IMG/VR virus record: IMGVR_UViG_3300042923_000502
Coordinates: 64,001-128,000 of that record
Origin: a virus
Strand: one strand, 5' to 3'
DNA length: 64,000 bases
A program made the translations under genes and the position numbers. Of the stretch, positions 19,121 to 30,470 are shown in pieces (the stretch's first letter is position 1; each line of letters opens with the position of its first letter). The notes below the pieces were generated by a model. That model did not search any database and had not been told where the DNA came from. It saw only the letters and a program-made list of their open reading frames with translations.

Positions 19121-20191
19121 ATGTCAAGACTAGGCAATGTAAAGATTAATGTCCCTCAAGTGAACCTCAAAGATTATGTGTGGCTGGTTCCTGGTATTCC
19201 AAAGGCAGGTAAAACATCTTGGTTTGCGCAAATTGTAGAACAATACTTTGGTGATGCAAACAAAGGTATGCTTCTTGGATTTGAAAAAGGTTATCAAGCT
19301 TTGCGTGTTCGTGCAACGGATGTTGAAGACTGGGATGACCTTGAAGAAATCGTTGAAGATTTGATTGACAACAAAAAAGAACTTGGCATTGAATTTATTG
19401 GGATTGATACCGCAGACGTAATGTATGATATGGCAGTCAACCAAGTAATTAAAGAGTGGAACGCTAAGAATCCTCAAAAACGCACTAAAGACATTGGTGG
19501 CGTTGGAGCTAAAGGCAAATCAGATTCCGGTTTTGGTGTTGGTTATGCTCATGTCAAGAAAAAGATTCGTGATGTAACGGATAAAATTCAAAAAGCAGGA
19601 TACGGTCTTGCTATCCTTACTCACTCTAAAGATAAAAAGATTGAGCAAAAGGATGGTCTTGAATATGATCAACTTACAATTTCTCTTGCAGCTACAGCAC
19701 GTGAAATTTTCGTTAATATGGCTGACTTCATTATGTTTATCACGGTTGAGAAAGAAAAAGTAGACGATGTTATCATGACAAAACGCTACATGTACTTCCG
19801 TTCCGATGGTTACGTTGAAGCAGGAAGCCGTTTTAAAAATGTTCCAGAGCGTATTGAATATAGCATCCAAGGATGTATTGACGTATTTAAGAATGCCGTT
19901 CAATCAGAATTTGATAGTGGTGTGAGTCTTGAACAAATCAAGCAAGAACAAGCTGCGCGTAAAGATAAGGCAGCAGAAGCTTATATTGAAGAACAAAAGG
20001 CGCTTGATACACCAGAAGGATTGATTGCTATTCTTGATACAAAAATTAAGGCTTTGTCTGACGAACAAAAGACCGAAGGTAAGATTAGTGAGAAGTTCAA
20101 GAAGGCGCTTGGCGGTTCTAACAATTACAAGAAAGTCGATGATGTTGAACTTTTGAAAAAATGTATTGACATTGTAGATAGCTTGGCTTAA
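19121..20191 (+). CDS. AAA_24 / Sak4-like ATPase (recombination)
   Basis: GIPKAGKT, FEKGY, IGIDTAD, LTHS. Confidence 0.75.
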   Translation: MSRLGNVKINVPQVNLKDYVWLVPGIPKAGKTSWFAQIVEQYFGDANKGMLLGFEKGYQALRVRATDVEDWDDLEEIVEDLIDNKKELGIEFIGIDTADVMYDMAVNQVIKEWNAKNPQKRTKDIGGVGAKGKSDSGFGVGYAHVKKKIRDVTDKIQKAGYGLAILTHSKDKKIEQKDGLEYDQLTISLAATAREIFVNMADFIMFITVEKEKVDDVIMTKRYMYFRSDGYVEAGSRFKNVPERIEYSIQGCIDVFKNAVQSEFDSGVSLEQIKQEQAARKDKAAEAYIEEQKALDTPEGLIAILDTKIKALSDEQKTEGKISEKFKKALGGSNNYKKVDDVELLKKCIDIVDSLA

Positions 20192-20201
20192 AATGGTAAG
20201 A

Positions 20202-20254
20202 GTAGCTTCACACAAGTATAAGATAAAATAAAAGTCGGCTTTGTGTGAAGCTAC
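20202..20254. repeat. 14-bp inverted repeat with a motif copy in its loop
   Basis: GTAGCTTCACACAA/TTGTGTGAAGCTAC; ACAAGTATAAGATAAAAT at 20212. Confidence 0.85.
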
Positions 20255-20282
20255 AAATCCTATAGATATGAGAGGTAGCTAG

Positions 20283-21089
20283 ATGAATACTAAGAACGTA
20301 GTTATTGCAGGAATCATTGCTCTATCGGTAGTGTTGGGAGGTTGTACCCAAGCCGAAGCAAATGGGGGCAATAATGAAGTTGCTAAAGTTCCTACATTGA
20401 GTGCTGACGTACCGCTTAATGTAGAACTACCTTATTTGTACAGTCAAAAACCTTTTTCGTTTACAACGAAATCAACTTTGACAAAAGATGTGCAAAAAGA
20501 AGGAGTGCAAGATGCTCCTAAAGTAACTTCTGCTAAGGAAATATTTGACAATCTACCAAAACAACCAAAGGTAGTTGAAGTAGTTGTTAAAGAAGTGTCC
20601 AAGGCGAAGGAAGATGATTTTAAGTATTATAGTAACATTCCTCTTGACAAAGAATTGCAGAGGAAAATTTCTTCATTCGCAAAAAAGAAAGGGATTGAAG
20701 TAACTCTTGAATATGCTTTAATGGCACAAGAGAGTCATTTTGATCCAACATTGATAAGTCCTACACGTGATCATGGAATTGCTCAAATCAATAAGAGTAA
20801 TTTCAAGTGGATTACAAAGGACTTAAAAAATGAATATGGAATTAATTTTACATGGTCAAATCCATACGAAAATGCGGTTGCAAGCATTCATTATTTGGCA
20901 TTAATCAAGGAGTCGTGGAAAGGTAAGGTAAGCAACAAGAATTTAATTCCTACCGTTTTACTTTCATACAACATGGGTACTAGCAATGCAAATAAGTATT
21001 TAAAGAATCATAGTGCAACGGATTGGAAGTACGTTCAAAAGGTATTGAAGTATAAATCTATGATTGAAAGAGGGGAAAAGGTTGAGTAG
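20283..21089 (+). CDS. Lipoprotein with SLT lytic transglycosylase domain
   Basis: Signal peptide with lipobox LGGC; AQESHF, GIAQI, SYNMG, YVQKV. Confidence 0.82.
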   Translation: MNTKNVVIAGIIALSVVLGGCTQAEANGGNNEVAKVPTLSADVPLNVELPYLYSQKPFSFTTKSTLTKDVQKEGVQDAPKVTSAKEIFDNLPKQPKVVEVVVKEVSKAKEDDFKYYSNIPLDKELQRKISSFAKKKGIEVTLEYALMAQESHFDPTLISPTRDHGIAQINKSNFKWITKDLKNEYGINFTWSNPYENAVASIHYLALIKESWKGKVSNKNLIPTVLLSYNMGTSNANKYLKNHSATDWKYVQKVLKYKSMIERGEKVE

Positions 21090-21618
21090 AGTAGGAGAAA
21101 TAGTTACCATCAATAAAGAACTTTTCAATGATGTAATTAGTAGTTATTACGACAAAGAGAATGCAAAAGATCTGACACATGAATCAAAATTTGAAGTTAT
21201 TAAGTACAATCAAGATTGGATATATCCAATAAAGGCTTCTTCTGTGGATTATCCAAATATTATTGTTGACCTTAAAGAAATAGAGATAAACGAGTTGGTT
21301 AAAGCTAAAAATGACACCTACGAAGACAAAGGTAGAGAACTTGGTGCGCTTGTTGATACCAAACAAGCTGCATATGGTAATGCTATTGCTCAAACTTATG
21401 AAGTTGTTAAGGCATTCATGACTCCTTACTTTGACGAAAAAACTAAGACTTATACTATTCCTCAAAGCTTGCTTCAACATCTATTGTTGCAAGTACGAAT
21501 TATAGATAAACAAAATCGCATCTTCAATAATCCAAATGGAGATTTGATGTCTGAGAGTCCTTACGGTGATCTCGGTGGATACGGCTTACTTGGTGCGAAC
21601 ATGGTTATTGACAAATAA
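21082..21618 (+). CDS. DUF1599/Nmad1-like domain protein
   Basis: KQAAYG...DKQNRI...ESPYGDLGGY. Confidence 0.6.
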   Translation: MSRVGEIVTINKELFNDVISSYYDKENAKDLTHESKFEVIKYNQDWIYPIKASSVDYPNIIVDLKEIEINELVKAKNDTYEDKGRELGALVDTKQAAYGNAIAQTYEVVKAFMTPYFDEKTKTYTIPQSLLQHLLLQVRIIDKQNRIFNNPNGDLMSESPYGDLGGYGLLGANMVIDK

Positions 21619-21641
21619 AAGATAAAATGAAATTACATTTG

Positions 21642-21680
21642 ATGCCTACTATTAATATTGATAGTAGGCATTATTTTTAT
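21642..21680 (+). terminator. Intrinsic terminator
   Basis: ATGCCTACTAT/ATAGTAGGCAT plus T tract. Confidence 0.7.
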
Positions 21681-21682
21681 CC

Positions 21683-21711
21683 TTGACAAATGTAAGATAA
21701 AATGATATACT
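21683..21711 (+). promoter_or_regulatory. SigA promoter with motif in spacer
   Basis: TTGACA-aatgtaagataaaatga-TATACT. Confidence 0.85.
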
Positions 21712-22107
21712 ATCTACATTAAGAGCCGGATCAAATGAACAGGGAGGTAAACAATGGATAAACCATCTTTTATAGTAGGAGAGCCATATCTTAATTATTT
21801 TGACGTTATTAAGTACTTGCAAGAAAAGTACAAAATAACGGACAAACAAAAAAGAGAGTTTTGGGATTGGGTCTTAGATGATTCAATGAATGATGTTCAC
21901 AATGGTAGTTTCATCTATCTATCTATTAATCCTGAAACATTTTACAAAAGATTTTACATTAGAGACATTGAAGACTTCAACGATACTTATCCCAATGTCA
22001 TTGAGATAATTACATTGTTGTGGAATGAGTACCAAAAAGAAGATTTGAAATTCTATGTATCTTGGTAGCATTGACAAATGTAAGATAAAATAAAAGGAGA
22101 CGATAAA

Positions 22108-22458
22108 ATGTTGAACACTAAATTTTTTATTGGATCAAAAGTTAAACAACCTAAGAATGTTTATCTTCTTGACATCAAACTAATGCATGGAGATGCAGAC
22201 GCTTATACTCATTTGGAACTTGAATTTATAGAAAAAGAAAAACATGAGTTGATTGCTATTCTTGATATTTTAAGTCAATTGGGAGGACATCAAAACTATC
22301 GCAAGTATCATAATGTTCAAGGATTTGATGAACTTCTCTATTATGATTGGGATTTAGACAGCACATGTGATGGCATGTACCTTGCATCATATGATGGATA
22401 CAAATTGTATTACTTCAATGAAGATGGAGAGAAGTTTAACGTCAAAGTAATTAACTAA
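22108..22458 (+). CDS. Hypothetical protein, paralog of the next ORF
   Basis: LMHGDAD, GFDELL, YLASYDGY. Confidence 0.65.
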   Translation: MLNTKFFIGSKVKQPKNVYLLDIKLMHGDADAYTHLELEFIEKEKHELIAILDILSQLGGHQNYRKYHNVQGFDELLYYDWDLDSTCDGMYLASYDGYKLYYFNEDGEKFNVKVIN

Positions 22459-22475
22459 AAAGGGAGACGATAATT

Positions 22476-22865
22476 ATGCGCGGACAAAGATTGGTTGATG
22501 GGAATAGGATTGAAGAGTTAAAAGGTGTATATGAACTTGAAATTGAATTAATGCATGGTGATGCAGATGGATACTCCACAATAAAACTTTTGTTTAGTGA
22601 TGGCGGATATATTCCAAGCGAAAAGAAAAACGCTGTTGATGAAAGAGGAATGTTGCTTTCAACAATTTACGTTTTAGACCAATTGAGAGAATTAGATGTT
22701 GATGATTATCGTTCAATAGATGGGTTTGATGAATTACTAGGGAAGACATGGAAAAGAGATCATACTTATGACGATTATCTTGCATCTTTTGATGGCTATA
22801 CAATTAAACATTACCCTTCTTGGGATGGAGTTTACGAAGTTGAAATTGAACACTATGGATGGTAA
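22476..22865 (+). CDS. Hypothetical protein, paralog of the previous ORF
   Basis: LMHGDAD, GFDELL, YLASFDGY. Confidence 0.65.
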   Translation: MRGQRLVDGNRIEELKGVYELEIELMHGDADGYSTIKLLFSDGGYIPSEKKNAVDERGMLLSTIYVLDQLRELDVDDYRSIDGFDELLGKTWKRDHTYDDYLASFDGYTIKHYPSWDGVYEVEIEHYGW

Positions 22866-23540
22866 GGAGTGAACAACATGTTAGAAAAATGGCATCATGG
22901 AGGTGGTCATCATGGTAGGACACATGATGCAACCAAATTAGCACCTATAATGCTTAAACGTCCTAAGTCAAAAACACGCAAGTATGTTCCACCTCAACAT
23001 GGTTATATTGGTTTGTTTTTTGGTGATACCGCTAAGAAGTTAGCAAAGCAAAGACACAAGAAAAAGTCAAGAAGCTACAATAAAAAAATGTGCGAACAAT
23101 ACTAGGAGGATTTTAATGACAACAACAAACGAAAAATTTTATCTTGTAAAGTACGAAGACAATTGGGCAGATGAATTTGACATTTATGGATTTGAAATTT
23201 TTAATCAACGTCAATTCGATTTTTTGAATGTAGTCATTAACGACATTAGAAAAGTAGGAGACTTTGAATATTACTTTGGAACAAATGAATATATCGACTA
23301 CACTTCCGTACAAGGTGTTCGTAATGCATTAGAATTCAAAGAAATAAGCAAAGAAGAGTTTGAAACATTAAAGAAGCTTGGTTTAGGAGTTTATGGTGAA
23401 GATTTTGCGAGTTCTCTTGTTGAGCGCTATGTAGACCATTTAGAAGAAGAAGAATTTGAAGCTATTCAAAAAGAATGGGATTACTTCCTTGATGAATGGT
23501 CTAAAGCAAAGTGGAATAGAGAATAGGAGCGTGGAAGGAA

Positions 23541-25010
23541 ATGACAACGACAATTAACAACGTTGGAGTTTCCTTCCTCAAAGAAGGAACATATAATTGG
23601 GAAGAAACAACAATTTGTGTTTGCTCATGCGGAAGAAGCTTCTACGGAAAGAAACATAACAATACGTGCGAATGTGGTAACGCTTATTTTAAATTGATAC
23701 CTAGACCATCTAAGAGCATTAAGACGAATGTTGGTGGTACCTTTGAATGCATTGAAAGCAACAATAATTCGTTTGTGATTAAAAAGAAAGAACTTATTGC
23801 TCACTTTACCGTTGGAGAAAAGACCACGTGGAGACATGAGCCAAAGGATTACTCAGTAAAGTTTGTTGAAGGTAAAGAGTATACTTTACATTATTCTTTA
23901 AGAAATAAGTTATATGAAGTCTATCATAACAATGAGAAGTTTGAAGATGAAAAGGATTTATTCTTTAGAGGAAATGTATTGTGCAATGAGTTCCTTAATT
24001 GTCTTGGTGACAATGAGCAACTCAAAACCATGTTAAAGTTTGCTTATAGCAAGTTTGGTCAAACACAATATTCAAACAAGATCAAGTGGTCAAAAGCATT
24101 AAAGAAATTGTTTGACTATCCCTACATTGAACTTTTGAGTAATTGTGGTTTAGGTAAACATCTTAACTACATCTATGGCGAACTTCGTTATGGTAATCAA
24201 AGAATAGATATAAAAAAGTCTAAGCCACATGAAATATTCGGCGTTCCAAAGTACATGATGGCATATATCAAAGAAATGGAAACAGTGGACTACAACATCA
24301 TTAGAGCGTTCAAGATATTTGACAAAGCTTTTGATGGCAATAGATTCAAAATGATTATGCAAATTTACAAAGAGGAAAGTAATCTTAACAACTTATGTTA
24401 CAATAGTGGATTAATCACAGAACTCTTTGAGAAGTACGGATACAAAGATGTGAAAAAGTTGGCTCTTTACGTAACAAGAGAAGTTAAATTACAACAAGGC
24501 ATTATGGATTCTCACAATGCTCTAACGTATTTAAGAGACTATGCCAAGATGTGCAAAGATATGGATATAACATGGGAGAAATTCCCTAAGTCTCTTAAAA
24601 AAGAACATGATATAACTTCTATGAATTATAAAGCTATTGAAAGCGAATTGAAAAATAAAGCTTTCAAGAATTCGGTAGAACGTTATAGTGAACTTGCTTA
24701 TACAACCAAGAAAGATAAGTATGAAATTATTGTTCCACAAATACCTTCCGATTTAGTAAAAGAAGGTAGCGCTCTCAATCATTGTATTGCATCCTATGTA
24801 GACAATGTAATCTCAGGAGCTTGTAAAATCTTGTTCATGAGAAATAAAGAAGATATCACAAAGCCATTTGTTTCAATTGAGATAAGAGACGGATTTGTTC
24901 GTCAAGCGAGAGGACAATCCAACAAAAGCATTGAAAGAATTGGTGGAGAAGCTTTTGAATTCTTTAATAAGTGGATAGAAAAAATGGAATTGACATTCCA
25001 AGTTCATTAA
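23541..25010 (+). CDS. PcfJ-like domain protein with N-terminal Cys cluster
   Basis: CSCG/CECG; YLRDY..M, PKSLKKEHD, LVKEGSALNHCIASY, QARG..N. Confidence 0.8.
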   Translation: MTTTINNVGVSFLKEGTYNWEETTICVCSCGRSFYGKKHNNTCECGNAYFKLIPRPSKSIKTNVGGTFECIESNNNSFVIKKKELIAHFTVGEKTTWRHEPKDYSVKFVEGKEYTLHYSLRNKLYEVYHNNEKFEDEKDLFFRGNVLCNEFLNCLGDNEQLKTMLKFAYSKFGQTQYSNKIKWSKALKKLFDYPYIELLSNCGLGKHLNYIYGELRYGNQRIDIKKSKPHEIFGVPKYMMAYIKEMETVDYNIIRAFKIFDKAFDGNRFKMIMQIYKEESNLNNLCYNSGLITELFEKYGYKDVKKLALYVTREVKLQQGIMDSHNALTYLRDYAKMCKDMDITWEKFPKSLKKEHDITSMNYKAIESELKNKAFKNSVERYSELAYTTKKDKYEIIVPQIPSDLVKEGSALNHCIASYVDNVISGACKILFMRNKEDITKPFVSIEIRDGFVRQARGQSNKSIERIGGEAFEFFNKWIEKMELTFQVH

Positions 25011-25042
25011 CAAATGCAAGATAAAATGAAAGGCGGTTAATA

Positions 25043-26161
25043 ATGACATCATGGAACTTCACCAATGACACGGATAAAAAGTCGATAACAGGATATGAAG
25101 ATGTTTTAGACCAATTGAAGTCTTACACCAAAGAAGAATACACAAATGAAAATACCACAAGTGAAAGAAAAAATGAAATGATTGAAGATGTTTTTGCCAT
25201 TTATCGTGGCAAGAACATCTTTCCTATCACCTACTACAATGAGGAAGGTATTAGAGATGAAATTAAAAAATGCGTTGAAAAGGATGTGTCGTTTGATGGC
25301 AAAACTCTTGATCTTAAATTCAATCAAGGTCAAAGCCTTTGTCGCTATCTATTCCCCAATCTTTCTGTAGTAGATGCTAAAATTGACAACAATAGCATGT
25401 ATGCTAGATTTTATGATGATCACAAGCTTAAACGTGCCATTGACTTTGCTCTAAGATTCAAGAAGTCCGTAACACCATCGGAGATTCGCACAAGTCTTGA
25501 GATGATTGGTGGGAATGTAGCTACTAACTTTAAAACAATGAATGCTAAGGCATTGTATGAGAAGTATACACCTAAAAACGGAACAATATACGACTTCTCA
25601 GCAGGATTTGGAGGACGTATGCTTGCGGCATTGACATCTAAGAATAACTATAGATACCTTGGAGTTGAGCCATGCGTAGAAACTTACAATAATTTGCTTC
25701 AACTAGGAGAACACATTGATAATACAATTGAAGCAAGATTGCGTTGGGCTATTTATTGTCAAGGAAGTGAAGATTATTGTCATAAAGCTGGAAACTTTGT
25801 AGACTTTGCATTTAGTAGTCCACCATACTTTAACCTTGAGAAGTATTCCGATGAAGAAACACAATGTTATAATAAGTTCCCTACACTTGACGAATGGTAT
25901 AACGGATACGTCCGTGAAACCATTAAGAATATTTATTTCATGCTCAAACCAAATGCGCATTATGCGGTTAATATTGCGGACTTCAACATTGGCAAAGACA
26001 AAGTTGAATTTGTTGACAAGTGGATTCAAATTTCAATTGAAGAAGGATTTGAACCATGTGAAAAGATTGACATGAAGCTCCAAAAGCGTGTTGGAAATGG
26101 GCATGAGAACGTGAAGAAAGAAGGTATCTTTGTTTTTAAGAAGATTGCAAAGGAGTCTTGA
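25043..26161 (+). CDS. Orphan amino (m4C/m6A) DNA methyltransferase
   Basis: Motif I DFSAGFGG; motif IV SPPYF. Confidence 0.85.
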   Translation: MTSWNFTNDTDKKSITGYEDVLDQLKSYTKEEYTNENTTSERKNEMIEDVFAIYRGKNIFPITYYNEEGIRDEIKKCVEKDVSFDGKTLDLKFNQGQSLCRYLFPNLSVVDAKIDNNSMYARFYDDHKLKRAIDFALRFKKSVTPSEIRTSLEMIGGNVATNFKTMNAKALYEKYTPKNGTIYDFSAGFGGRMLAALTSKNNYRYLGVEPCVETYNNLLQLGEHIDNTIEARLRWAIYCQGSEDYCHKAGNFVDFAFSSPPYFNLEKYSDEETQCYNKFPTLDEWYNGYVRETIKNIYFMLKPNAHYAVNIADFNIGKDKVEFVDKWIQISIEEGFEPCEKIDMKLQKRVGNGHENVKKEGIFVFKKIAKES

Positions 26162-27623
26162 TATGCTTGAGTATAGAGTATATGTAAAGGTTTCCGATAG
26201 TTGTGATCCAAAGTTTAAAGATGATTTAGAGAAGCTATTTGAAGAAAAGGGTGGAAGACCTTATATTTTCGGAGTTGCAAATGTTAGTCCTTCAACATTA
26301 GAAAAAGCAACAATGAAGTATAAGGTTAGATATCCTAATCTTGAATATGGATTCCTGAATTTCAATAACTTCAATAAGTTTTTTGAGTTTACGAAAGAAG
26401 AGAATCCTTGACATTCAATCTCACTTATGATATCATCTCTCTAGGAGGTGTGTTCAATGGACAAAGAGACATTGAGAAGTGTAGCGGAATACAATAGAGA
26501 ATTGTACCGCGCAGGACAAATCACACGCGAAGAAGCTAAGGAAAAGATTATGCCATATATTGACTATTGCAATGAAAAGGCGAAAGAGTTGGCTAAGAAG
26601 TTTAATCAAAAACCTAGAAAGATGGATTTCATATCATATGTGAGATAACAATGGGGCTAATAATTGTGAGGAAGTAAATGAAAGATAAAGGAGTATTAAT
26701 ATGATATTGGGTTACATTGTATTACTTTTGTTTTCGCTTCCATTCCTTGCTTTGTCCATAGCTCATTATATTGATGCGCACAAGAAAAAGAAAGAAAGTG
26801 ATGGATTTGATTTCATACTAGGTTCTGGTCTATTGATGATATTTATTGCAATGTCTACGTATCATTTTTTGTTTTAATAAAATCATAGGAGCGTGGTTTA
26901 TTAATGATTATTAATGACAATAGAGTAGATAAGAATGTTTATAAAGCAAGAATAGGAGATATTATTATTGACGGAAGAGATACGATGTATCTTATTATTA
27001 TTAATTATATTGAACACGATTATGGTGCTTTGAATTTGGAAACATTAGTGGTAGATTATATTGAATCTGAAATTGAACGTTTGATTGAAGACATTAACCA
27101 TGACTATGTAGTAAAAGAGATTGTACCTCAAGAAAAAATCTCCATAAATATCTCTTGACAAAATCAGTTTTATATGATAAAATGATAACACAAATGAAAG
27201 ATAAAATGAAACGGGAGGAATAATAGTGATTAATATTAAAACACAAAAGTTGAACAAGGAAATTGTAAGTATGGAAGGTGTGGAGCAACTTGTATCTATT
27301 CGCATGGAAAACGAATATGATCAATTTATTTCAGTATCTTCAAATTCAACATATGACGGAGAAGAAAGTTTGCTTTATGCAAAGAATAATCAAGAGGATT
27401 CGGATTCGGATATTGCGATTGAAATAGGAGATTTAGAAGATGAAGATGATTCTTATACAACCTCTATTTCAGCAAAAGATGCAATTAAACTTGGAGAAGC
27501 TTTAATCTCAATGGGAAAGTTCATCTTAGATGAATCAAATTATTCTATTCCCAAAGCATAAATGAAAGATAAAATGAGTGGACTTGTAATATAGTCCACT
27601 CTATTTCTTTAAGGAGGTTTAAT

Positions 27624-28229
27624 ATGGCAAAAGAGGTTATGTGCAAACAATGCAAGAAAAAGTCATCTAAAGAAGAGATGGTTGTACATGTTCATGAAAC
27701 AAGCACAGGAAATAAAACTAAGATGAATTTCCATGAAGAATGTCTTGTAGTGTACTTAAAAGACAAAGAATTCAAAGAAAAGGAACAACAGGAAAAAGAT
27801 GAACTTAATGAAGTTGTTAAGCGTATTCACAATTTAGAAGTTGTTCCTTCTAATTTTTATAGAGACTATGTGGAACCTTTGCGTGGAGGATTCTTCAAAA
27901 GTGGTACAAAAGTAAAAAGATACAAAGAAGGAATTCCGTATAGTGTTATGAAGGATTCTTATCTCTTTATTGAAAAAACGGTTGAGTACTATCGTAAAAA
28001 TAAGGAATTTGATGGTTCTATGGGTTTTTTGAAGTATACGTTTAGCATTATGGTTGACAAGATGCCAATGGCTAAGAAGAAGAAAAAGCAAGAAGAATTT
28101 GCACAGGTAATTCAAAATGAGAATGCTAATATTCAACAATCTCATGAGGACATTATATTTGCAGAGCGTGAGTACAAATTTAAAAAGAAAAGTAATGGTG
28201 GGGTTGACTTGTCAGATCTTTTAGATTAA
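27624..28229 (+). CDS. Replication protein (helicase loader-like by position)
   Basis: CxxC...HxxC; directly upstream of the helicase. Confidence 0.5.
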   Translation: MAKEVMCKQCKKKSSKEEMVVHVHETSTGNKTKMNFHEECLVVYLKDKEFKEKEQQEKDELNEVVKRIHNLEVVPSNFYRDYVEPLRGGFFKSGTKVKRYKEGIPYSVMKDSYLFIEKTVEYYRKNKEFDGSMGFLKYTFSIMVDKMPMAKKKKKQEEFAQVIQNENANIQQSHEDIIFAEREYKFKKKSNGGVDLSDLLD

Positions 28230-28244
28230 GGGTAAGGTGGTAAA

Positions 28245-29858
28245 ATGGCAGTAAAGAAAAGTGTAGCACCAGAGATGAAGAAAGCGGACTACTTGGTTAA
28301 GGCACAAGAAGAGGTATTGATATCGGAAGCATATCTTACAGGATTGTTTTGGTCAAATCCAGAACAATATGCATTCTTTCCAGAGGAAAAGATTAATCGT
28401 AAGACGTTCTTAAATCCAGTGTGGGGTTTTTACTTTGGACTTGGAATGCACATGTACAAAGAGGGTATTCGTGTATTTGACGATATCTCTATTATGAAAC
28501 ACGTAAAAGATATAAATGCAGAAGCGGTGTTTGACAAATACGGTGGATTTGAAACCGTAAATGAAGTAATGGAAGAAGTAGAAGGAAGACTTGAAAATCT
28601 AGATGCATATTATGCAAACATCAAGAAATATAGACTTCTTTGTGATCTATCAGATTTATTTGGTAGTCAAGTATTTAAGAAGTCGGAGAAATACGATTAT
28701 CGTCAACTTGACAAAGAAACATTGTTCAATTTTTGGATGGATAAGGTCAACAAGCTTGGTCTTGATGGTGATGCGAAATACGATGAACACTTCCTCTTAG
28801 AAGGTCTTGAAGCTGACATTAAAGAGTGGAGTGAAAGTCCAGATATTGGATTGGAATTTTATAATAGTCCACTTATGTCTAAAATATGTACGGGTTGGGA
28901 CTTTGGCAACATGTACATTTATGGCGGATTTGGTGGATCAGGCAAAACTTCATTTACATTTAATAAAGTGGTTATGTCTTGTATTGAAAGCCAAGAAAAA
29001 CTATTGATTATTGCAAATGAGCAAGGTATTAAGGAATTCAAGAAGCTACTTATCACAACGGCATTAGGAATTAAGAAAGAATACTTGAAACGTCAACGGT
29101 TAAATGAAGGTGAATTTACCGAAGAAGAGAATAAAAAGCTTGAAAACGCAGTAAAATGGGTTAGAGAGTTCTCTCAAAATAATAGTAAACTTATAGCTTT
29201 CGTTTTTATGGAAGACTATGTGATTCCAGACGTTAAAAAAATTGTACGTCACTATTCTAATCGCGGATACAAGTCGGTAATCGTAGATACAGCAAAACCA
29301 AGTGAGTCCGCAGGTGACAAACAACGTTGGGAAATCTTCACAGATGATTTTAAAGAGTTGTATAAGCTATGCAGACCAAATGGCGGCGGTTTGAATCTTA
29401 GAATGTGGGTTAACGTTCAATTAGCGGACAATGCGTTAGGGAGAAGGTTCTTGGACGAAGCCGCACTAGGAGACTCTAAGAAGATTAAAAACGAAGCATC
29501 TGTTATGTTTATGGGGAGAGTGGTATGGGCTGACGAATTTGAAGGTGGAGACAAAGAATTGAAAGTCTTTAAATGGGTCAAGAAAGACTCAGAAGAAGAT
29601 GACAATCCTTTTTCCGAAGACGGAAAATCAGATGATGGATTTCATTTGCGTAAAAAGGAATTTGCACTTAAACCATTCTACACAGACAAACACGGCAATC
29701 AACATCCCAATCAGTATCTTTTATTATTCACTCCTAAGAACAGAAGAGGAACAGATCAGAAAGGAGGTCAAGCGGTATTGGTCTTACAATCCAACTTCAA
29801 CAACAACAGTTGGCAGGAGGTAGGTTGGACAGTTATTCACAATGATAGAAACTATTGA
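28245..29858 (+). CDS. DnaB-like replicative helicase
   Basis: Walker A GFGGSGKT, ANEQ, Walker B IVDT, VQL, KNRRG. Confidence 0.85.
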   Translation: MAVKKSVAPEMKKADYLVKAQEEVLISEAYLTGLFWSNPEQYAFFPEEKINRKTFLNPVWGFYFGLGMHMYKEGIRVFDDISIMKHVKDINAEAVFDKYGGFETVNEVMEEVEGRLENLDAYYANIKKYRLLCDLSDLFGSQVFKKSEKYDYRQLDKETLFNFWMDKVNKLGLDGDAKYDEHFLLEGLEADIKEWSESPDIGLEFYNSPLMSKICTGWDFGNMYIYGGFGGSGKTSFTFNKVVMSCIESQEKLLIIANEQGIKEFKKLLITTALGIKKEYLKRQRLNEGEFTEEENKKLENAVKWVREFSQNNSKLIAFVFMEDYVIPDVKKIVRHYSNRGYKSVIVDTAKPSESAGDKQRWEIFTDDFKELYKLCRPNGGGLNLRMWVNVQLADNALGRRFLDEAALGDSKKIKNEASVMFMGRVVWADEFEGGDKELKVFKWVKKDSEEDDNPFSEDGKSDDGFHLRKKEFALKPFYTDKHGNQHPNQYLLLFTPKNRRGTDQKGGQAVLVLQSNFNNNSWQEVGWTVIHNDRNY

Positions 29859-29876
29859 TTGAAAGGTGTGGTTTGC

Positions 29877-30470
29877 TTGATTGTTACAAGTGAAATAAAA
29901 AATGATTTTATATTGGGGTCATCTCTTGGAGATGGCTCCATAAAGAAAAGTGCTAGAAGCGCAAATTACTATATGAAATTTGGTCATTGTGAAAATCAAT
30001 ATGACTATTTGATTTTTAAATCAAAAGTATTGAAAGACATTTGCATGGAGGACTTAAAGGTTAGACGAAGTATAGACAAGAGAAGCAAATCAACTCAACC
30101 TTTTTATGAGTTTACCACAAGATCAAATCCTATATTTCATAAATTCAAGGAAATGAGTCATTTAGATCATATTAGAGAGCTAAATATAAATAGTTTGCTC
30201 ATATGGTATTTAGACGATGGAAGTATTAGACCTGATAGATACGGACTAAGAATATCTTGTGCTAGATTTACTATGGAGGAAGTAATTGAAACTTGTTCCA
30301 TTATCAATGAAAAATTTAATACAGAATTTTCGATAGTAAATAGCAAAAGCAAGAAGCATGGTCATGATGGAATAGGTCTAAAAAAAGATGGAACAAGTTA
30401 CTTCCTTGAAATTATTAAGAAATCTGATTTTTACAATGAAATTCCAGAGTGTATGAGATATAAACTTTGA
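29877..30470 (+). CDS. Free-standing LAGLIDADG endonuclease
   Basis: ILGSSLGDGSI and LLIWYLDDGS. Confidence 0.85.
   Translation: MIVTSEIKNDFILGSSLGDGSIKKSARSANYYMKFGHCENQYDYLIFKSKVLKDICMEDLKVRRSIDKRSKSTQPFYEFTTRSNPIFHKFKEMSHLDHIRELNINSLLIWYLDDGSIRPDRYGLRISCARFTMEEVIETCSIINEKFNTEFSIVNSKSKKHGHDGIGLKKDGTSYFLEIIKKSDFYNEIPECMRYKL

Noticed and set aside
29825-29858. TVIHN near the helicase C-terminus as an intein end
   Set aside because: It is followed by Asp rather than Cys/Ser/Thr, and no N-terminal splicing block is visible.
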